In this document: positions 9,000 to 17,567 of the stretch, one piece after another
Layout: each line of letters opens with the position of its first letter
Numbering within the stretch: the stretch's first letter is position 1
Source: an uncultured Chloroflexia bacterium
GTDB lineage: Bacteria > Chloroflexota > Limnocylindria > Limnocylindrales > CSP1-4
Direction of reading: 5' to 3'
Assembly (NCBI GenBank): GCA_963727005.1
Contig: CAVSEO010000005.1
Location: 961,044 to 1,025,043, forward strand
DNA length: 64,000 nt
Translations under genes and position numbers: made by a program
Notes under the pieces: model-generated
Databases searched by the model: none
Seen by the model: the letters and a program-made list of their open reading frames with translations, nothing else
What the model was told of the DNA's origin: nothing

Positions 9000-11900
9000 T
9001 CAGGTTAGCGCGAACGGCGCCGCGGGGCCGCGCGGGCGACCCGGATCCGGAACCCACTCGCCCAGCGAGCGAACCTCCGCAAGCCGCTCGCGCAGATCCG
9101 GGTCGAGCGCCTCCGCGGCGGCGACCGCGGTCTCGATCGCGGTCAGGCACAGGATCCCTTCCGCGGTCGCGGCCAGGCGGATCTCGATGGCATCCCGGAC
9201 CGGCCCGGACTTGGGCGAGGGCGTGTTGACCACGAGCCGGACGCCGCCGGAGGCGATGAGATCCAGGATCGCCACCTGGCCCGGCTCCGGCTTCTCCCCG
9301 ACCTTGGCCACGACCTGGGCCTCGTAGCCCAGGCCACGCAGTTCCGCGGCAGTTCCGGAAGTGGCCGCGAACCTGTACCCGGCCCGAGCCAGCGCCCGGG
9401 CCACGCGCGGCAGCTCCCCGTGGTCCCGCTCCGCGACGGAGATCAGCGCCAGTGCCCCGTCCGCTCCCGGCCGTGGCGGGATCAGCGCAGCGCCCTGCAT
9501 CGCCTTTGCCAGGGCCACGCGCGGGTCGGCGTGGATCCCGATCACCTCACCCGTGGACTGCATCCCCGGGCCCACCGACGGGTCCACGCCACGCAGCTTG
9601 GCCGTGGAGAAGGCCGGCGCCTTGACCGCGACCAGCGGCGGCGGCTCGAGCAGCCCGTTCCCCCACCCCATCCCCGCCAGCGTCTCGCCCAGGGCGATCC
9701 GGACCGCGAGCTTCACCATCGGAACGCCGGTCACCTTGCTCATGAACGGCACCGTCCGGCTGGCCCGCGGGTTGACCTCGATCAGGTACACCCCGTCGTC
9801 GCGGACGATGAACTGCGCGTTGACCAGGCCGTGCACGTCCAGCGCCCGAACGATCCGGTCCATGGCGTCGACGATCAGCCCCTGGTCCGACGACCGAGAC
9901 CGTCTGCGGCGGGAACATCCCTACCGAGTCGCCCGAGTGGACTCCCGCCCGTTCGACGTGCTCGAGCAAACCCGGGATCAGGACCGTCTCGCCGTCGGCG
10001 ATCGCGTCGACGTCCACCTCGATCCCTTCGAGGTAGCGGTCGATCCGGACCGGCCGATCGGGGTCCACGACCGTCGCGCGCGCCAGCTGGTCGACCAGGT
10101 CGGCCGCCGAGTAGCTGAAATCGATGGCCAGCCCGCCGATGACGAACGACGGCCGAACGATGACCGGATAGCCGATCTGATCGGCCAGCGCCAGCGCTTC
10201 CTCGATCGAGCGGGCCATCCCGCCTTCCGGTTGCGGGATGCCGACCGACTCGACCAGGTTGGCGAAGCGGAGACGGTCCTCCGCCTGGTCGATCGTCTCG
10301 AGATTGGCGCCCAGGAGCGGGATCCCGGCCGCGGCCAGCGGTTCGGCCAGGTTGAGCGGGGTCTGGCCGCCGAACTGGACGAAGGCCGGCAGCATCTCGG
10401 CCCCCGGCGGCGTCTCGGCCTCCACGACCGAGCGCACGCTCTCCGGATCCAGCGGCTCGAAGTACAGGCGCGACGACGCGTCGAAGTCGGTCGAGACCGT
10501 CTCCGGATTCGAGTTGATCATGACCGCCTGCCAGCCCTGGACCCGAAGCTCGGCCGCGGCCTGGACCGCGCAGTAGTCGAACTCGATCCCCTGCCCGATC
10601 CGCACCGGCCCGGAACCGATGACCAGCGCCGCCGGCCGCGCCACCGGCGGCAGCTCCGGCTCGGAACCCGATGCCGCGTACGTGGCGTAGAAGTAAGGCG
10701 TCTCAGCCGCGAATTCGGCCGCGCACGTGTCCACCATGGCGTAGCCCGGGACGATGCCCAGTTCCATGCGCGCGAGGCGTACGTCCTCGGCCGTGACGCC
10801 GGCCATCTGCGCCAGCTCCCGATCGCCGAAACCGTCGCGTTTCGCGGTCGCCAGGAGAGTGCCCGCCTCCCCGTCCGTGGCATCCGCCATCCGCGGCCCC
10901 ATCTTCCGGACCTCGCGCTCCAGCGCGATCGCCCGCTCGAACTCCCACAGGAACCACGAAGAAATGCCGGTGACGCCACGGATCCGCTCCGCCGGCATCC
11001 CCCGCCGCAGCAGGGCGAAGATCCGCCACATCCGCGAGTCGGACGGTGCCAGGAACCGTTTCAGGACGATCGGATATGCGGCCCGCTCGGCGTGACGTTC
11101 GGCCTCGCAGAGCAGGCCGCTGCCGTCGACCGTCACGAAAGGCTGCTCGACCTCGGGCTCCATCAGGTAGTCGAGCGTGGCCGTCCAGCCCGCGTTTTCG
11201 GCCAGGAAGCCCGCTCCCGCCTGTTCGAGCGCCCGCAGCGCCTTGTTCAGCGCCGAGCCGAAGGTTCGGTCGATCGCCATCACCTCGCCGGTCGCCTTCA
11301 TCTGGCTGCCGAGGGTTCGGTCGGCCTTGGGGAACTTGTCGAACGGGAAGCGCGGCAGCTTGACCACCACGTAGTCCAGCGCCGGCTCGAAGGCCGCGAC
11401 CGTGGTCCCGGTCACGACGTTGGGGATCTCCGCCAGCCGCCGGCCGGCGGCGATCTGCGCCGCCACTCTGCGCAATCGGATAGCCCGTCGCCTTGGACGC
11501 CAGGGCGGAGCTGCGGCTGACGCGCGGGTTGACCTCGATGACCGCGTATTCGGTGTAGTCGGGCGAGAGCGCGAACTGGACGTTGCAGCCGCCCTCCACT
11601 CCCAGCGCCCGAATGATCGCCAGGGAGGCGGAGCGCAGCCGCTGGTGGACCGGGTCCGGCAGCGTCTGGACCGGCGCGACCACGATCGAGTCGCCGGTGT
11701 GGACGCCCAGCGGGTCGACGTTCTCCATGGAGCAGACCGCGATGCAGGTGTCGTCCGCGTCGCGCATGACCTCGTATTCGATCTCCTGCCAGCCCACCAG
11801 GCAGCGCTCGATCATGACCTGGTGGATGGGGCTGAGGCGCAGGCCGGTGCGCGTCCGCTCCCAGTAGGCGTCCTCGGTCTCGACGATGCCGCCGCCGGTG

Positions 11901-12508
11901 CCGCCCAGGGTGAAGGCGGGCCGGATGATCGCGGGCAGGCCGATCTCGGCCAGGGCTTCGCGGGCGGCGTGGTCGCGGGCCTCGTCGGTCTCGCCTTCGA
12001 CGATGCAGCTGGGCGCGTAGGGCTGGCCGATCCGGTCGAGCAGGTCGCGGAACTTCTCGCGGTCCTCGGCCATCTCGATCGCTTCCAGCGGCGTGCCGAT
12101 GAGCCGGACGTTGTACTTCTCGAGCACTCCGGCCTTGGCCAGGGCCACGGCCAGGTTCAGGGCCGTCTGGCCGCCGAGCCCGGCCAGGAGCCCCTCCGGC
12201 CGCTCTTTGGCGATGACCTGCTCGATCGCCTCCACGGTCAGCGGCTCGAGGTAGACGGCGTCCGCCACCTCGGCGTCGGTCATGATCGTGGCCGGGTTCG
12301 AGTTGACCAGGATCGTCCGAACGCCCTCGCCCCGGAGGGCGCGGCAGGCCTGGGTGCCGGCGTAGTCGAACTCGGCCGCCTGGCCGATGACCACGGGCCC
12401 GGAACCGATGATCAGCGCGCTCTTGGGCTTGGGCGCGCGCTCACGCAAGGCCGGCGCGACGTGGCGGCGCGGTGGGCTCTCGGGCTGCGGCAACGGCGGC
12501 TCTCTCAC
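9000..12508 (-). CDS. carB: Carbamoyl-phosphate synthase large subunit; two +1 frameshifts (~11471 and ~9900)
   Basis: Three ORF-track fragments (10703..12508, 9547..11475, 9000..9863) join into one CarB. The sequence runs [24 protein letters not shown]...[22 protein letters not shown] / [17 protein letters not shown]...[18 protein letters not shown]...[17 protein letters not shown] / [15 protein letters not shown]...[18 protein letters not shown]... plus an MGS-like C-terminus. The GTG start at 12508 is uncertain; a TTG at 12448 would give a more typical N-terminus. Confidence 0.95.
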
Positions 12509-12510
12509 AC

Positions 12511-12541
12511 AAAAAAGCCACCGGCCAAATTGGCGCGGTGG
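12511..12541 (-). terminator. Attenuator (intrinsic-terminator-like) hairpin of the carB leader
   Basis: The minus-strand RNA is CCACCGCGCCAAUUUGGCCGGUGG followed by CUUUUUUGUG. Confidence 0.65.
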
Positions 12542-12640
12542 TTCCCGTTGCAGACGACCATGGACCTCCTTTTCCGGCCTCTCTGGACCGGTACGCCGGC
12601 CTCACAGGACCGGCCGCAAAGGTTGGCCGAAGGTTATCAC
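12542..12640 (-). promoter_or_regulatory. PyrR-binding-type leader RNA upstream of carB
   Basis: The minus-strand RNA contains GGUCCAGAGAGGCC (plus strand 12576-12589), matching the PyrR binding-loop consensus ARUCCAGAGAGGYU. About 130 nt are near-identical to the carA leader at 24545-24680. Confidence 0.7.
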
Positions 12641-12802
12641 GACGGGAGGGGCGAGGATGGATAACGCCCTCGACCCGGGCTAGGTTCGCGTTCGTCATGC
12701 GTCCCGGGACGGACCCTACTGGCCCTGGCACCTCCGCCGCCACGTTGCCATCTCGCCTGCGACCGAAGGTTTGCGCCAGGCAACTCGGACCCAGTATCTG
12801 GT

Positions 12803-13780
12803 TTACTCGGCCATGGCGCGTGCCCACTCGACGCGGAGCGGATCGTCGGCGGCGATTTCACCGAGGTCTGGCCATGAAACCGGTCTTGCGAATCCATTGC
12901 CGCGCCAGACCGCCTTGAGGCCTCGTATCGAGGCGAGAACGGAATTGTCGGGGGCTTGTTGCTCTGCAAACGCCACCATTCGGAGCGCCGGATGATCGCG
13001 TAGCGGCTCGATCGAGTCGAGGTCAACCAGCTCCAGCCGTGCGTACCGAAGGCGTTGCAGCGAACTCAACGGGGCCAGATCCCGGACGCGGCCGCCGAGT
13101 ATCTCCAGCGTCTCCAACCGCCCAAGTCCGGACATGCCGTCGAGCGTCCGGATCTGCGTCAGGGACAGGGCGACCTTCTCGAGCTTCGGCACCGCTGCGT
13201 CCAGGCCACACAGATCGCGCAGGTGATCCGCGTATCCAATGCGCAGCACGCGCAGGTTGGGGAAGCCGGCGCAAACGTCGGTTGCCGAGCGCGCCTTGGT
13301 CTCATTCACGTCCAGCCACGCGAGCCCCGCATGTCCGCGCTGGATTGCCGGCAACACAGCTGCCCCGCCCTTGCCCCCGAGGCCGATCCGAAGCCAGCGC
13401 AAGTCGGGAAACCCGACCGGATCGAGATCGCCGCGCAATGCGCCGCTGCCAAGGATGAGCGCCCTTAGTCCGGTCAAGGCTGCAATCGGATCCAGTTCTG
13501 GGCGACCGTCCGAGCGAACATGCAGGTAACGGATCCCGGGCAGCCTTTCAAGTAGCCTCAGATCTCGAAAATCGAGTTGCAGGGCGACGGCATTGACGCA
13601 CCGCGCCGTCTCAACGACCTCGTCGGCGGACGTGTATGCATCGCTGGCCCACCACAGGCCCCCTTCGGACTCCATCGTCGCAATCAACGACGGCGGAAGT
13701 CCTGCCGTGTGGGTGGTGAGGTCGACCCGCCTCAAAGGAAGCCGACGCTGCGTGAGTTTGAGATCAGGCATAGACCACAT
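12803..13780 (-). CDS. Leucine-rich-repeat domain protein
   Basis: Intact 325-aa ORF with successive LxxLxxLxL units (LRLLERLPGIRYLHV, LTGLRALILG, FPDLRWLRIG, FPNLRVLRIG, VPKLEKVALS, LGRLETLEILG, LQRLRYARLELV). Confidence 0.75.
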   Translation of the reverse strand: MWSMPDLKLTQRRLPLRRVDLTTHTAGLPPSLIATMESEGGLWWASDAYTSADEVVETARCVNAVALQLDFRDLRLLERLPGIRYLHVRSDGRPELDPIAALTGLRALILGSGALRGDLDPVGFPDLRWLRIGLGGKGGAAVLPAIQRGHAGLAWLDVNETKARSATDVCAGFPNLRVLRIGYADHLRDLCGLDAAVPKLEKVALSLTQIRTLDGMSGLGRLETLEILGGRVRDLAPLSSLQRLRYARLELVDLDSIEPLRDHPALRMVAFAEQQAPDNSVLASIRGLKAVWRGNGFARPVSWPDLGEIAADDPLRVEWARAMAE

Positions 13781-13981
13781 TGTGTCACTGGGTCAGGCAC
13801 ATCCCTGGTTCTGACCACGACGCCAGCCGGGATTGGAGCTCGTAGACAAGAGTCGGAGCAGTCGGCCGACCGAATTGGCGTGGGCCAATCAAGCTGGCCC
13901 GCGGCCGACGAGCCGCCCATCTCTGAAGTCAGGTCGCGTCGGCCCAAATGGACGGACCGCTTGAATGCTGAACGGCCCCCG

Positions 13982-14326
13982 TTAGCGGCCCAGGACGATG
14001 TCGATGCCGGCCAGGATCAGCTCGAGCTTCGCGTCGGCCACGCGACCGACCCGCTCGGTGAGGGACGCCTTGTCCAGTGTGACGATCTGCGACACGTTCG
14101 CGACCGAGTCCTTGGGCAGCCCGGTGGCATCTGCGGCCAGGGCGACGTTGCCCGGTGCAGCGGCCCAGCGCAGATTGCTGGTCAGGGGAACGCAAACCAC
14201 CGAGGAGATGCGGCTGCGGTTGAACGAGTCGCCCTGGACGACCACGACGGGCCGCCGGAAGCCAGGCTCCGAGCCCAACGGGTCACCGAGATCGGCCCAC
14301 CAGACATCCCCCTGGGCGATCACCAT
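13982..14326 (-). CDS. Type II toxin, MazF/PemK family endoribonuclease
   Basis: Sequence MVIAQGDVWWADLGDPLGSEPGFRRPVVVVQGDSFN...VVCVPLTSN...VNVSQIVTLDK. Its start overlaps the upstream antitoxin gene by 7 nt. Confidence 0.85.
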   Translation of the reverse strand: MVIAQGDVWWADLGDPLGSEPGFRRPVVVVQGDSFNRSRISSVVCVPLTSNLRWAAAPGNVALAADATGLPKDSVANVSQIVTLDKASLTERVGRVADAKLELILAGIDIVLGR

Positions 14327-14553
14327 TCCGAACGACGAAGCGCACGTCTGGCAGCCACCTGGGTGAACCCGTCCGGCCCGGGATCCTCCGGGAGCGCCTG
14401 ATCCAAGGCCTCCCTCACGCTGTCCGGCGAATAGCGGGCGACGTATTCACGCACGGCTCGGGCGTAGATCTCGCTACGGGACTTCTTCAGTCTGTGCGCC
14501 AGGGCGTCGGCATCCTTGAACACATCGTCGGGAATAGAAATGGCCGTCTTCAT
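14320..14553 (-). CDS. Ribbon-helix-helix (CopG/MazE-like) antitoxin
   Basis: Sequence MKTAISIPDDVFKDADALAHRLKKSRSEIYARAVREYVARY. Located directly upstream of mazF-like. Confidence 0.8.
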   Translation of the reverse strand: MKTAISIPDDVFKDADALAHRLKKSRSEIYARAVREYVARYSPDSVREALDQALPEDPGPDGFTQVAARRALRRSEW

Positions 14554-14830
14554 ACCAGAAGTATAACCCCAAAGAGCCCGCGGCGGAGTCGTCTGGCCAC
14601 GACTGCGATGCCTTGCGCTGGAGGCGCTCCGCGATCCACATCTTGATGACCGACTGGCGCGTGACGCCGAGGTGCTTCGCCTCGCGATCGAGCGACTCGA
14701 CCATCCACGAGGGAAAGTCGACGTTCACGGGTCTTGCCTCCTGGAGGGGCCGGCGGGCCCCGGACAGGTCGAGGTCACCCGTGACGTCCTCGCCCGCGTC
14801 GAACTTCTTGTCGAACTCGCTAGCCTTCAT
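14550..14830 (-). CDS. BrnA/CopG-like antitoxin-family protein; 3' end uncertain (no in-frame stop before the next gene)
   Basis: Sequence MKASEFDKKFDAGEDVTGDLDLSGARRPLQEARPVNVDFPSWMVESLDREAKHLGVTRQSVIKMWIAERLQ. As sequenced, the frame runs on to 14474 across the next gene. A 1-nt shift would end it at the TGA in the ATGA overlap with the 14553 start. Confidence 0.6.
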
Positions 14831-14861
14831 AGAGCATCGCTTCCTCGTCGCGCGGCCGGGC

Positions 14862-15190
14862 TCAGGTCGGGAGGTGCAATGCCGCTCGAGCGATGACCTG
14901 GCCAATCTGCTCTTGGGTCGCTCCGAGCCCCAGCAGCGAATTGACGAGCAGGTCGGCGGAGACAGACGCGTCCCCCGCCTCCATCTTGGCGAGTCGCGAT
15001 TGGCTCGACCCGAGGCGCTTCGCCGTTTGCGCCTGCGTCCACCCCTGCTGCACGCGCACGTCACGCAGGAAGCGGGCGAGGGCAAGCTTGATCTCGACGA
15101 ACGCCGCCTCCTCTGGGCTGGGCTCGAGGAAGTCATCGGCGGTCCCAACGCGGCGGAACCTTCGAGACGATCCTTCTTGTTCTGATCCAT
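14862..15190 (-). CDS. XRE-family HTH protein (HigA-like antitoxin type); one frameshift near 15130-15160
   Basis: The start MDQNKKDRLEG... lies in one frame. The body ...EEAAFVEIKLALARFLRDVRVQQGWTQAQTAKRLGSSQSRLAKMEAGDASVSADLLVNSLLGLGATQEQI lies in another. Confidence 0.65.
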
Positions 15191-15232
15191 CTCAGTTCAC
15201 TCCCTTCCGCCGACGATTCGCCGTCCTCCTCC

Positions 15233-15754
15233 CTAGTGCACCCTCGTCCAGGCGGACTCGGTCTTGTTGTCGATTACCAGTCTTCCTAACGAGTCCAGGT
15301 AGAAAGGCGTGCTGGTGACCTTGGCGTCCTGGTCGGTCAGTGCGAGTGTCGTCTGTGTCGACACATACGTTCCATGCGAGCTCGCCAGCGGCGCGTCCGG
15401 ACTATCGAATCTCGCTTCGATCGTGTAGGTTCCATCCGGCTTCAGGACGAAGTGCTCCGTGTATGGTTTGCCATCTTGCTTGCCGTGCCTTTCCCACTCC
15501 CCAACGAGAATCGATAAGGCCGTCGGGGCGCTGGTGGGTGTCTCGGTGATCGTTGCCGATTGAGTGGGCGTCATAGAGACGGCGGCCGATTGAGTGGGCG
15601 TCCCGGTTATCGCGGCCGATTGCGTGGGTGTCTCCGTCTTCGTTGGTGTCGGACCGACAGTGGCCTGCGAAGGACCACAACCTGATAGCAGCCCACAGCC
15701 GACCACCAGGGCAATCGGTACCAAGAGACGCCGAGTCACGTTCACCATCCCCAT
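15233..15754 (-). CDS. Lipoprotein with a Thr/Pro-rich decapeptide repeat linker
   Basis: Signal peptide and lipobox are RRLLVPIALVVGCGLLSGCG. The repeats are TPTQSAAITG / TPTQSAAVSM / TPTQSATITE. The C-terminal ~90 aa are globular and of unknown function. Confidence 0.7.
   Translation of the reverse strand: MGMVNVTRRLLVPIALVVGCGLLSGCGPSQATVGPTPTKTETPTQSAAITGTPTQSAAVSMTPTQSATITETPTSAPTALSILVGEWERHGKQDGKPYTEHFVLKPDGTYTIEARFDSPDAPLASSHGTYVSTQTTLALTDQDAKVTSTPFYLDSLGRLVIDNKTESAWTRVH
15555..15644. repeat. 30-bp tandem repeat x3 (coding, TPTQSA decapeptides)
   Basis: The unit gccgattgagtgggcgtc + 12 variable nt starts at 15555, 15585 and 15615. Confidence 0.85.
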
Positions 15755-15809
15755 CTCCTTTCGACGGACGCTGCGCCTCAGGCGGCCGACCCCACCCGTT
15801 TCGAGGTCG

Positions 15810-16640
15810 TCAGGACGGAATCTGCTTCAGGAAAGCCCGCAGGGCATCCATGAAAGCCGTGTAGTTGTCGTAGCGGACGAGGTGGCCCACGTCGGGGACG
15901 TTGACGATCGTCACCCTTGGGTTCAACTCGCGAACCCTTGCCCGAACCTCGGGGGTCACGATGGCCCCGAGCTCCGGGTTAGCCGTCAGGAGCAGGACCG
16001 GCTGGGTGATCTCCTGGACAGTCGTCAGCCAGTCCGATCCCTCGCGATTCAGCTTGTCGATCAGGGTATCTACGATGGCTTGATCGAGCTGCTTCTTGGA
16101 CTCGGCCATCGACCTCACGGTCGCCTCGGGCCAGTCAGGCTGCTCCTGACGGTATCCAGCCAGCAGCTCTTCCAGGGTCTTGCCGGCCAGGCTCTTGCCC
16201 CATTCGGACATGGGATCCCCATCGGATCGGCTATGCGGTGGAACGGGCCGGCCCAGCCACCAGGGCGGATCCTCCAGAACCAGGGCGCTGGCCAGCTCCG
16301 GGAAGCGCAGTCCGGTCTGAAAGCTGACCGCGGCTCCCATGGAGTGCCCGCCCACGATCGGCCGCTCTAGTCCCAGGCCCCGGATGAGTCCGGCCAGGTC
16401 GGCGGCCATGTCCACGTCATCGCCCGGCCGCATCCGGGCCGAAAGGCCGTGGCCGCGCATGTCCGGCATGATCACGTCGTATTCGGCTTCGAGATCGTGG
16501 GCCGTGCGTGACCAGCACAGGCCGTTGTCCGAGAAGCCGTGGGCCAGCACCAGGGGCCGCTTGTCTCCATGGCCGGTGCGGTAGTAGTGCAGGCGCACGT
16601 CGCCGACGAGGAAGTCGTCCTGGGTCCAGCTAGAAAGCAT
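15810..16640 (-). CDS. Alpha/beta-fold hydrolase
   Basis: Intact 276-aa ORF with an HG oxyanion motif (LVLAHGF), a nucleophile elbow GHSMG, and a C-terminal His (DVGHLV). Confidence 0.85.
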   Translation of the reverse strand: MLSSWTQDDFLVGDVRLHYYRTGHGDKRPLVLAHGFSDNGLCWSRTAHDLEAEYDVIMPDMRGHGLSARMRPGDDVDMAADLAGLIRGLGLERPIVGGHSMGAAVSFQTGLRFPELASALVLEDPPWWLGRPVPPHSRSDGDPMSEWGKSLAGKTLEELLAGYRQEQPDWPEATVRSMAESKKQLDQAIVDTLIDKLNREGSDWLTTVQEITQPVLLLTANPELGAIVTPEVRARVRELNPRVTIVNVPDVGHLVRYDNYTAFMDALRAFLKQIPS

Positions 16641-16678
16641 CCTGCCTCTCCGTGACCCGCATCCGCTGCGGCACTTGG

Positions 16679-17095
16679 TTAGCTGGCTGGGTCCTCGTAA
16701 CCTCGAATCTCCACGTGTGCATCTGTCACAACCAACGGAAACACACCCAAATCCTGAACGGATGCGAGGAAGGCATCAAGCGCCCGATTTCGGAAGACGC
16801 GTGGATACCGCACCCACAGTATCTCCCGATACTCGTGCGGACCGCCTCCGGTCAGGCCCGGATCAGCAACCATCGAGTCCAGGAACTTCACTGATGGAAT
16901 TGGTGAACACAGTCGTTCTCGATCACGCCCTGGCGAATCGCCAACCAGTGCAACCTGACACCACAAACCATGGGAGGCTGCACATGTCAACAACTCTCTC
17001 CACTTCGTATTGCTCATCAGAGGAGCGCTCATCGCGAGAACCTCCCTGCGACGACGATCCCGGAGCTCTTTGTAACTACTTGGGTCGAATGGCAT
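16679..17095 (-). CDS. Hypothetical protein (138 aa)
   Basis: ORF in a locally AT-richer stretch. It overlaps the upstream GlcG-like gene end by 20 nt. I recognise no motif. Confidence 0.45.
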   Translation of the reverse strand: MPFDPSSYKELRDRRRREVLAMSAPLMSNTKWRELLTCAASHGLWCQVALVGDSPGRDRERLCSPIPSVKFLDSMVADPGLTGGGPHEYREILWVRYPRVFRNRALDAFLASVQDLGVFPLVVTDAHVEIRGYEDPAS

Positions 17096-17510
17096 GACGT
17101 GTGGCCGCCGCCGCGCCGATCGCAGCCAGCTCCGCGTCTTCCTCCTGCGTGAGACCGCTGACGGCGACTGAGCCGATCACCGATCCGTCCAGGATGACGG
17201 GGACGCCACCACCCCAGCCCACGTAGCGTGGGTCACCGTAGTAGGCCATGTCGAACCCGGTCTTGGGATCGCGCGAGGCGATGCCCAGCTCCCACGACGG
17301 CTTCCGTTCGCGCGCGGCAGTCCAGGCCTTGTTCGCGGCGATCGTTGTGGAAGGCAGAGGCGCGCCGTCGAGGCGCAGCAGACCGATGAGTTCGCCATGG
17401 TCGTCCGCGACGGCTATGACCGCGACCTTGCCGCGCCGGACGAGCTCGACCTCGATGGCTTCGATCGCCGCCTGGGCCTCGACATGACCCATGGTCCTGA
17501 CTGTCTTCAA
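17076..17510 (-). CDS. GlcG/HbpS-like (DUF336) heme-binding family protein
   Basis: Contains VAVIAVADDHGELIGLLRLDGAPLPSTTIAANKAWTAA...GGGVPVILDGSVIGSVAVSGLTQEEDAELA, typical of DUF336. Confidence 0.75.
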   Translation of the reverse strand: MKTVRTMGHVEAQAAIEAIEVELVRRGKVAVIAVADDHGELIGLLRLDGAPLPSTTIAANKAWTAARERKPSWELGIASRDPKTGFDMAYYGDPRYVGWGGGVPVILDGSVIGSVAVSGLTQEEDAELAAIGAAAATRHAIRPK

Positions 17511-17567
17511 GGCTGTACTCCGATTCCTTTCAACCGAGATTCTTTTTTCCGGGATAGCCGCTCGCGC

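Noticed and set aside
9361-12664. Plus-strand ORFs 9361..11520 (719 aa) and 11402..12664 (420 aa)
   Set aside because: They are antisense to carB and their sequence is dominated by R/D/G/P runs with no motifs.
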